In this document: positions 56,786 to 64,000 of the stretch, one piece after another
How positions within the stretch are numbered: position 1 is the stretch's first letter
Layout of the letters: every line of letters begins with the position of its first letter
Assembly (NCBI GenBank): GCA_963675665.1
Contig: OY776510.1
Span: 4,672,001 to 4,736,000, forward strand
Direction: 5' to 3'
DNA length: 64,000 nt
Source: Spirochaetia bacterium
Lineage (GTDB): Bacteria; Spirochaetota; Spirochaetia; UBA9216
Notes under the pieces: generated by a model
Databases searched by the model: none
The model's input: only the letters and a program-made list of their open reading frames with translations
What the model was told of the DNA's origin: nothing
Position numbers and translations under genes: made by a program

Positions 56786-58561
56786 ATGGATTTAAACAAC
56801 ATTCCGCTCTGGGACCTGACAGAAATCTTTACAGGTTTTGAAGATCCGGCTTATATCGAAATGTACAGACGCTTCAGCGATAACATATCCGGCCTGAACA
56901 GTATGATTGACGGGAAAAGCCTAAATGAAAAAAAGTTGTCGGAATTAATCGTAATATATAACGATACCTCTTCATTCTATGAGGAACTTCTCTCCTACGC
57001 TTACTGTATGTATACAACAGACACATCGAATCAGAAAGCCCTTGCAGAGATTAACCGCATAGAAGAAATTGCCGTCGGGTTCAGCACCATTCAGGTGAAG
57101 CTCAGAAACTATCTTGCCGCAACAACTGATCTTCAAAGCATCATCAACAGCAGCAGCTATCTTTCGCAGTTCAGGTTCTTTTTTGAAGAACAGCTTATGC
57201 TTCAAAAAAAACAGATGCCGGCGGAAATGGAGGAGCTGGCGTCTGATCTTGCACGCTCGGGGTCATCTTCCTGGGAGAGGCTTCACCAGACGCTGTCATC
57301 TTCAACACTCGTAACCTGGGATGAATCAACCGGCGAACAGAAAACAGCGATTGAGCTGCGCGCCATGGCGGACAATCCTGATGAGAAAATCAGGAAAAAA
57401 GCTTGGGAAAAGGAGCTCGAACTTTGGAAGAGCATTGAAGTTCCGCTGGCGTTTGCTCTTAACGGTGTGAAGGGAGCGAGTAATTCAGTAAATTCAAGAC
57501 GGAATTTCTCAACAACACTTGAACGCTCAACTTTCCAGGCCCGGATCAGCCGGCAGACACTCGATGCAATGATAAGCGTGATGAATGAATCGCTTCCGTT
57601 ATTCAGGCGGTACCTGAAACTTAAAGCAGGCTTTCTGGGAAAAGACAAGATAGCATTTTACGACCTCTTCGCACCCGTAGGCACAACAGGAAAGACCCGC
57701 ACGTATACGGAAGCAACAGACTTCATTATCAGGCAGTTCAGCGGTTTCAGTACGGAACTCGGAGAGTTTGCCCGCCGCGCGGTTGATAACAACTGGATAG
57801 ACGCCCGGCCGAGAAAAAATAAAGTCGGAGGAGCATACTGTACCGGCTTTAATTATTCGGGAGTCTCAAGAATACTCTGCAATTTCAACGGTTCTTTTAA
57901 CAGCCTTTCAACAATAGCGCATGAACTGGGGCATGCCTATCATAATGAAGTGCTGAAAGACGCACCTGAAATATACCGGGACTTTCCAATGACTCTGGCT
58001 GAAACAGCATCAATTTTCTGTGAAACGATAGTTCTTGAGGGGGCCCTGGAAACCACCGGAAGCGATGAGCAGATCAGCCTTATAGAACATGAACTTATGG
58101 AATCGACACAGATAATCGTGGACATTCTTTCACGCTTTGTATTCGAAAAAAATGTTTTCGAGCGCCGTCTGAACGGGGAATTATCTGCTGCCGATTTCTG
58201 CAATCTTATGATTGACGCGCAGAAACAGACATACGGCGATGCAATAGACGAAGAATGCATGCATCGGTACATGTGGGCAGTAAAGGGACATTATTATCAT
58301 CAGGAATTAGGGTACTACAATTTTCCCTACGCTTTCGGCAAGCTCTTCGGGCTTGGTCTGTACTCGCAATACAGAAGCCAGGGAAGTGATTTTACCGAAA
58401 AATACAGAAGTATTCTCTATATGACGGGAAATGCTTCTGCCGAGGATGTTACAAAATCAGCCGGATATGATATAACAACCGAAGACTTCTGGCGCAGCAG
58501 CATCAGCATGCTTAAAGCAAAAGTCGACAGGTTTGAACAGCTGTGCCTAAACAGGAAATAG
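56786..58561 (+). CDS. pepF: M3B oligoendopeptidase F
   Basis: WDL, K.GGAYC, HELGHAYH, LAETAS, YNFPY. Confidence 0.9.
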   Translation: MDLNNIPLWDLTEIFTGFEDPAYIEMYRRFSDNISGLNSMIDGKSLNEKKLSELIVIYNDTSSFYEELLSYAYCMYTTDTSNQKALAEINRIEEIAVGFSTIQVKLRNYLAATTDLQSIINSSSYLSQFRFFFEEQLMLQKKQMPAEMEELASDLARSGSSSWERLHQTLSSSTLVTWDESTGEQKTAIELRAMADNPDEKIRKKAWEKELELWKSIEVPLAFALNGVKGASNSVNSRRNFSTTLERSTFQARISRQTLDAMISVMNESLPLFRRYLKLKAGFLGKDKIAFYDLFAPVGTTGKTRTYTEATDFIIRQFSGFSTELGEFARRAVDNNWIDARPRKNKVGGAYCTGFNYSGVSRILCNFNGSFNSLSTIAHELGHAYHNEVLKDAPEIYRDFPMTLAETASIFCETIVLEGALETTGSDEQISLIEHELMESTQIIVDILSRFVFEKNVFERRLNGELSAADFCNLMIDAQKQTYGDAIDEECMHRYMWAVKGHYYHQELGYYNFPYAFGKLFGLGLYSQYRSQGSDFTEKYRSILYMTGNASAEDVTKSAGYDITTEDFWRSSISMLKAKVDRFEQLCLNRK

Positions 58562-58563
58562 AG

Positions 58564-59631
58564 ATGGAACAGATAAACAGAAAAAAGATAGGAATAATTA
58601 ATGCAGGAGCATGGGGGACTGCAATATCAAAGGTCCTCGGAGAAATCGGACATGAAGTCGAAATCTGGGAATATATGGAAGATGTGGTCAATGAGATCAA
58701 TTCGGAACATACAAACTCCAGGTATCTGCTGGGCGTCAGCCTTAACAGCAATATAACAGCAACTGGAGACTTGCTCAAAGCCGTCTCCGGCAAGGACTTC
58801 ATAATTGTGGCAACTCCGTCGCTCTACATCCTTGATATCGTGAAAAAAATAGTACCGGTTCAGGACATAATGGAAGGCAAACCGGTTATCGGAATATTAA
58901 CAAAAGGTTTTATAAAAAGTCCTAAAGGTCCTGTTCTGATCACCCGCGCCATGGAAGACTATCTTCCGGGATTCTATAAAGACGGGCTGGTATATATTTC
59001 CGGGCCGAGTCATGCCGAAGAGGTCTCCCGCGGGATACTCACTGGCCTGATCAGCGCCAGCAAGAACGGAATGAATTCAATCAGGTTCAGGGAACTGCTG
59101 AGCGGCGCAAACCTGATGGTCTACTCGTCACTGGACGTCGTTGGTGTTCAGACTTGCGGCGCAGTTAAAAACGTAATAGCAATTGCATACGGAATGCTTG
59201 ACGCGCTAAGCGAGATATCCTCCAACTTCGGCGATAATACCGAATCTCTGCTTCTTGCCGCCGGTCTGAATGAAATTCAACAGCTCGGAACAGCACTCGG
59301 TTCTGAATACCCCGAAACTTTTACAAGCATTGCCGGAGTCGGCGATTTGGATGTAACCTGCCGGTCAAAATTCGGGAGAAACCGGAAATTCGGGCGTGAA
59401 ATAGTAAGCGATCATAAAATTGCGGAGTTTAGGGATTCAGCCGACCTGATAGAAAACATAGACCGTATAGGTTACCTGCCGGAAGGTGCAATAGCTGCGA
59501 CTTATGTTAAACAGCTTATGGAGCAGTACAAGCTGAAACTGCCGATATGCGAGAGCGTTTACCGTATTCTCAACAAGGAAGATCAGCCGCTCGAAGCAGT
59601 CCGCGAAATGGTGAAGAAACTGCATATATAA
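58564..59631 (+). CDS. gpsA: NAD(P)H-dependent glycerol-3-phosphate dehydrogenase
   Basis: AGAWGTA, TKG, SGPSHA.EV, KNVIAIA, G.GDL..TC.S...RN. Confidence 0.94.
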   Translation: MEQINRKKIGIINAGAWGTAISKVLGEIGHEVEIWEYMEDVVNEINSEHTNSRYLLGVSLNSNITATGDLLKAVSGKDFIIVATPSLYILDIVKKIVPVQDIMEGKPVIGILTKGFIKSPKGPVLITRAMEDYLPGFYKDGLVYISGPSHAEEVSRGILTGLISASKNGMNSIRFRELLSGANLMVYSSLDVVGVQTCGAVKNVIAIAYGMLDALSEISSNFGDNTESLLLAAGLNEIQQLGTALGSEYPETFTSIAGVGDLDVTCRSKFGRNRKFGREIVSDHKIAEFRDSADLIENIDRIGYLPEGAIAATYVKQLMEQYKLKLPICESVYRILNKEDQPLEAVREMVKKLHI

Positions 59632-59644
59632 GGGATCCTGTAAG

Positions 59645-61006
59645 TTACTTTAAAACCCGGTTTTTCGACATCATTTTCAACCTTTGCATGTCTTCACGGG
59701 TAAAACCCTCCCACTCCATCGGGAAAAAACTGTTGTTATGGTAAAGAGGCTCTTCTGCCAACGGAAACCTGCATGAAGAAACACAGCGATCCCACATCGG
59801 AGATCCGGGGACAGGTGAAAATTCCGAAATCGAGAGCTGAAGACCTTCGCCGGCTGCAAACCTGATTGTTTCCTCAACCTCTTCCGCCCTCTGTTCCGGA
59901 AGCCCCGCAAGGATATAAACTATAACCTCATTTCTGCCGAACCCGGCATCAGAAAGCATTTTAACGGTATTATGAAACCCCCGTTCGCTGTATTTATTAT
60001 CATATTCGGAATGAAAATCAGGCGAAGAGCTTTCAAAACCAAGACGGACTTCGCGGAAACCGGCTTTTTTCATGAGTGAAGCCGTTTCGGCCGTCATATA
60101 GCGGATATGCATGGCGTTCGGGGTATAGAAGTTAATGCTGCGGCCTGTTGTTTCGAGATAATCTATAACCATATGAAGAAACGGAATAAAAACACTGTCG
60201 GATTTAAAAAGCAGGGCATCGTCATAAAATGCAAAATTTACAATGCCCCTGGTTTCGTTCATCATCTTCAGCCAGTTAAAAACCGGGACAGGATCACCCT
60301 CTTTAAACCCGGATATTCTGTTTGAAGCACAATACTCACAGCTGAGGGGACAGCCTTCATTCAATCTCAAAACTGCCGCTTCTTTCCAAAAACAAACATC
60401 AAGGGGCATAACAGGCGTTTCTCCGTTAAAGCCGGATATTGCCGGCAGCCCGCAGGAAGACAGCCAGCTATTCAGTAATCCACCGCCGCGTGACGCGGCA
60501 TTTCCCGCCAGGTTGTAATCCGGCCCGCAGACAGAATTACAATGTTCGGGCATCAGACTGGCATAGACCCCGCCTGTTACGACAGGAACATCCGGCCAGA
60601 TATCGCGAACAGCGCGGATCGTTTCCATTACACCCTTGTACCAGTAGGTCATTCCCGTTGAAATAAATACTGCATCGGGCCGTTTTTCTGAAATTTTCTG
60701 CCGCATAATCTCTGCCGGAATACCGTAACGAGCAAATCTGCGATTGACAGACCTTAAAGAAGAAGGACTGCTCACCGGGCAACGGTGAACTTTTCCGGTT
60801 CCGTCGGCAAACCTTTTTACTGCGCCAAGACATCTGACTGTTTCGGCATCGGTATAATCAAGCGCGTTTATTAAATTTATATTCCAGCCCCCGGCTTCAA
60901 GCAATGTTCCCAGCCTCAGCAGCCCGAAAGGCTTCAAAAATAAATCATACAGGGCAAAATCATACACCGGCGGATATATAAGAAGGGCTTCAGCGGAATT
61001 ATTCAT
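59645..61006 (-). CDS. B12-binding-domain radical SAM protein
   Basis: P.GLL, GGVYASL, GCPLSCEYC, FYDD, LGFES; start placed at MNNSA. Confidence 0.85.
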   Translation of the reverse strand: MNNSAEALLIYPPVYDFALYDLFLKPFGLLRLGTLLEAGGWNINLINALDYTDAETVRCLGAVKRFADGTGKVHRCPVSSPSSLRSVNRRFARYGIPAEIMRQKISEKRPDAVFISTGMTYWYKGVMETIRAVRDIWPDVPVVTGGVYASLMPEHCNSVCGPDYNLAGNAASRGGGLLNSWLSSCGLPAISGFNGETPVMPLDVCFWKEAAVLRLNEGCPLSCEYCASNRISGFKEGDPVPVFNWLKMMNETRGIVNFAFYDDALLFKSDSVFIPFLHMVIDYLETTGRSINFYTPNAMHIRYMTAETASLMKKAGFREVRLGFESSSPDFHSEYDNKYSERGFHNTVKMLSDAGFGRNEVIVYILAGLPEQRAEEVEETIRFAAGEGLQLSISEFSPVPGSPMWDRCVSSCRFPLAEEPLYHNNSFFPMEWEGFTREDMQRLKMMSKNRVLK

Positions 61007-62108
61007 CGTCCGGGAATTCGTACGGTTCAATAAAAGAAGATCTGTTGCGGCCGTTATTTTTGGATTTATATAATGCGGCATCAACCCGTTTCAGAAGATT
61101 GTCCTCTTCGGAGTATGCATCATCAAAGGTCGCAATTCCCAGGCTCACGGTAATCTTAAGAAGATTGTCCTGGTATAAGGTTTCCATTTCTTCGACGGCT
61201 GTTCTGATTCTTTCCGAAGCAATCCAGGCCGCCTTTCTGTCGGTATGGGGCAGAAGGACCATAAATTCTTCCCCTCCGAACCTCGAAAGAAGGTCTTCTT
61301 CCCTTAATACCTGTTTGAGTTTGGCAGCAAGCCTGAAAATTATTTCATCGCCTGCAAGATGACCGTATTTATCGTTAAGATCCTTGAATTTATCTATATC
61401 AAGCATTATAACCGAAAAGGGATTTCCGGTTCGTTTTGCACGGGCAGTCTCTTCTTCAACCCTGCGTACAAAAAAATTATGATTATACAGTCCCGTCTTG
61501 GGCTCGCGGACGGAATGCTCATAATGTATGTTATTCTGAATACCGATGGAGGTAAATTTTGTCAACCGGTCTATATAGGTTATTTCCTCTGCTGAATACT
61601 CCTGCCCGAGGACCTTCGGGCCGAACAGAATTATACCGTAGAGACCGGACAACCCTTTTACCGGAACAATTATTTCAGGATTATAAGGATTAAAGGGAGA
61701 AATCAGATCTATATTATTAATCTCACTTTCAAAAATCAGATAACTTGTGGTTCCGTTATACTTTTTAAAAAAGTTCTCGTATGGTTCAAGATTATTAATA
61801 TTAAGTTCCGATTCAATGTATTTAAGATTTCTGTATACAAAACTCTTTATTTTATTGATCATTATCCCTTGATTCAGGATAAAAATTAAACTGGACGGCA
61901 CAAATTTATCAGAAAGGCACTTGATTGTATAATTCACAAGCTCTTCAACTGATTCCTTCCTGAAGATTTCATAAGATTCGGCTATCAGTCTTTTGAGATT
62001 GATATTCTCAATTTTGATATTACTGTTGTATTCAAGAATCCCTGTTTCTTTAAGCAAATCGTAGTTTTCAATAACCCTGGGGTCCTGAAGAATCGCATCC
62101 CATTGCAT
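60999..62108 (-). CDS. Diguanylate cyclase (GGEEF) with N-terminal GAF-like region
   Basis: KTGLYN, DIDKFK..ND.YGH..GD, REED I-site, RFGGEEF, ALY.SK..GRN. Confidence 0.92.
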   Translation of the reverse strand: MQWDAILQDPRVIENYDLLKETGILEYNSNIKIENINLKRLIAESYEIFRKESVEELVNYTIKCLSDKFVPSSLIFILNQGIMINKIKSFVYRNLKYIESELNINNLEPYENFFKKYNGTTSYLIFESEINNIDLISPFNPYNPEIIVPVKGLSGLYGIILFGPKVLGQEYSAEEITYIDRLTKFTSIGIQNNIHYEHSVREPKTGLYNHNFFVRRVEEETARAKRTGNPFSVIMLDIDKFKDLNDKYGHLAGDEIIFRLAAKLKQVLREEDLLSRFGGEEFMVLLPHTDRKAAWIASERIRTAVEEMETLYQDNLLKITVSLGIATFDDAYSEEDNLLKRVDAALYKSKNNGRNRSSFIEPYEFPDDE

Positions 62109-62227
62109 GCGGATAAGATTAAAATAAATTCACCTCAAAAACAAGTTACATTATCTCTCATTTTAAAAAAATATAAAGTTTTCAAGAATTTACTTGCATT
62201 TTCACGATTCTGGTTTAGAATAAATAA

Positions 62228-62475
62228 TCATTGTAAATGGGGAAGCAATTCTTTGAGAGATAATTCATTAAATATTTATTACTCAGGTTGATTAAAAGAG
62301 GAGATGTTTGATTGCGTCCGGAGGTTGAGGTTGATTAAAAAAGGATGCGTTTGAACAAGGAGGCCATTTAAAAAAAAAGCCCCTCAGGGGAAAGGAGGTA
62401 GTAAAACCCTGAGGGGAACATCTAAAAAAAAGGAGGTTAATGAAAAAAACTCCACGCTTCATAAATAGGAACAAC
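62228..62475. ncRNA. Candidate GGA/CCUCC-rich small RNA or leader
   Basis: About ten GGA motifs including four GGAGG; hairpin CCCCTCAGGG-loop-CCCTGAGGGG with A-run; promoter-like TTGCAT-16-TAGAAT at 62194-62221. Confidence 0.4.
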
Positions 62476-62510
62476 ATACCCATATTAAGGTTACAAAATA
62501 AATAAAAAAA

Positions 62511-63578
62511 ATGAAAATTTTTAAACCGATAATTATAGTTATTGCGGCAGCTGCAGTTCTCATGCTATCAGCGCTGCTTTTTTTTGTGCTCACCGAATAC
62601 CGTCCCGACGACGTTGTTTTACTGAAACCGGTTTACGGTACCGAAGCTGAACCTGTTGCTCCGGGCGGATTGAGAATAATGTCATGGAATATCGGGTATT
62701 GCGGTCTTGATGCGGAAATGGACTTTTTCATGGAAGGCGGAAGCATCATGGAACGTTCACCTCTTGAAAACCAGCGAAAATCACTCGACACAATTATAAA
62801 GAAAATAAACCTTCAGGAACCGGACATTTGTTTTATTCAGGAAATCGATACGGCATCCCGCAGATCATTCAAGGTTGATCAGCTGTATACCGCTATAACA
62901 GGCCTGAAGAAATACGAGGCGCTGCATGCCTTGAATTTTAAAAGTCCGTTTGTTCCGGTGCCCGTAAAAGCACCTATCGGAAAAGTTGAATCGGGAATTG
63001 CAACTTTTTCACGCTTTTCAACCTTTAACGCGGAACGAAGACAATTACCGGGAAGATACAGCTGGCCGGTCAGAATCTTTCATCTGAAACGCTGTGCACT
63101 GCTATGTCAGATTCCTTCTCCTGTTGCCGGGAAAAACTGGTATCTCATCAATATTCATCTCACCGCGTACGGAGACGGCGGCCAGCGGGCAAAACAGCTT
63201 GAGTATCTGAAAAAAGAGATTACCGGATTATATGCTGAAGGCCATTATGTAGTTGTCGGCGGAGACTGGAATTCGCTTTTCCCGGGCGTAACAAAAGATC
63301 AATTCGGCACATACACTACACCTGAAGAATACCTGTTCTGGCTTCAGTCGGTTCCTTCCGACTGGACTCCGGAAAACTGGCAATGGTGTTATGATGCTGA
63401 AGTTCCCACCGCCAGATCACTTGAACAACCGTATAAAGCCGGTGAAAATTTCACCTGTATAATCGACGGCTTTCTCGTGTCGCCGAACCTGAGGGTTGAA
63501 GAGGTAAAAGGAATTGATTTCAGGTTTGAAAATACCGACCACAACCCGGTTGCGATTACGGTCAGTATAAGAGACTAG
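62511..63578 (+). CDS. Endonuclease/exonuclease/phosphatase family protein, N-terminally anchored
   Basis: SWNIGY, IQEID, NIHL, GGDWN, IDGF, TDHNP. Confidence 0.9.
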   Translation: MKIFKPIIIVIAAAAVLMLSALLFFVLTEYRPDDVVLLKPVYGTEAEPVAPGGLRIMSWNIGYCGLDAEMDFFMEGGSIMERSPLENQRKSLDTIIKKINLQEPDICFIQEIDTASRRSFKVDQLYTAITGLKKYEALHALNFKSPFVPVPVKAPIGKVESGIATFSRFSTFNAERRQLPGRYSWPVRIFHLKRCALLCQIPSPVAGKNWYLINIHLTAYGDGGQRAKQLEYLKKEITGLYAEGHYVVVGGDWNSLFPGVTKDQFGTYTTPEEYLFWLQSVPSDWTPENWQWCYDAEVPTARSLEQPYKAGENFTCIIDGFLVSPNLRVEEVKGIDFRFENTDHNPVAITVSIRD

Positions 63579-64000
63579 TTTTTCATTGTAAGCGGCATTC
63601 GGGTCGTCTGAAGAACATCCCTCCACAAACTTCCTTCCGGATCAACGAAATTTCGTTTGGAAACCGCCATTTTCATTGGAACCATTACAAATTTATCGTT
63701 CATCATTGATATAAGGGCTTTTGTTTTACCCGCCATGGCGGCATGCACGGCATTGTTCCCAAGCCTGAGGCAATAGATGGAATCATTTGGATCGGCCGGT
63801 GTAGAACGAATCAGGTAACTGGGATCAATATACTTAAGATGCATCTCGATTCCTTCCTTCTCAAAATAGTCGATAATCCGGTCCTGAAGATACTGACCGA
63901 TGTTCTGCAGTTTCTTGTTGCCCGACAGATCAGTTTCATTACTCTTTTCAAGAAATTCCTGCCCTGCTCCTTCGGCTACAATTATTACAGCACGGTGTTT
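63575..64000 (-). CDS. pfkA: ATP-dependent 6-phosphofructokinase, 3' part (runs off window)
   Basis: VIIVAEGAGQ..D.SGN.KL..IG, KYIDPSY.IRS, AVHAAMAG. Confidence 0.9.
   Translation of the reverse strand, partial: KHRAVIIVAEGAGQEFLEKSNETDLSGNKKLQNIGQYLQDRIIDYFEKEGIEMHLKYIDPSYLIRSTPADPNDSIYCLRLGNNAVHAAMAGKTKALISMMNDKFVMVPMKMAVSKRNFVDPEGSLWRDVLQTTRMPLTMKN

Overview
Bacterial chromosomal window, most likely from an anaerobic spirochaete (Spirochaetales-type gene order tRNA-Thr/rpmG/tRNA-Trp/secE/nusG/rplKAJL, long spirochaete-type Prs, lipobox lipoproteins). It carries three tRNAs (Trp, Thr, fMet) and housekeeping genes (prs, Na/Pi symporter, argH, clpB, surE, radC, pepF, gpsA, partial pfk). There is a 13-gene Mrp-Mbx/MBS-like membrane-bound oxidoreductase operon with a NuoI-GltD fusion and non-canonical catalytic motifs, and a ROK-regulated galactoside uptake cluster with three matching operators beside a LarA-superfamily gene. 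An intact IS66 (2306 bp, 8-bp target duplication) sits in an AT-rich island at about 4.4-10.1 kb. The most unexplained signals are: (1) in that island, four unrelated co-oriented envelope-protein genes are each followed by a copy of one degenerate 45-100 bp repeat, a cassette-array-like layout with no integrase in view; (2) a GGA/AGGAGG-dense structured spacer at 62.2-62.5 kb that looks like an sRNA; (3) tRNA T-arm-mimicking hairpin elements after tRNA-fMet; (4) an 84-bp tandem repeat plus palindromes upstream of prs. All calls come from reading the sequence and translated ORFs only; no database searches were run.
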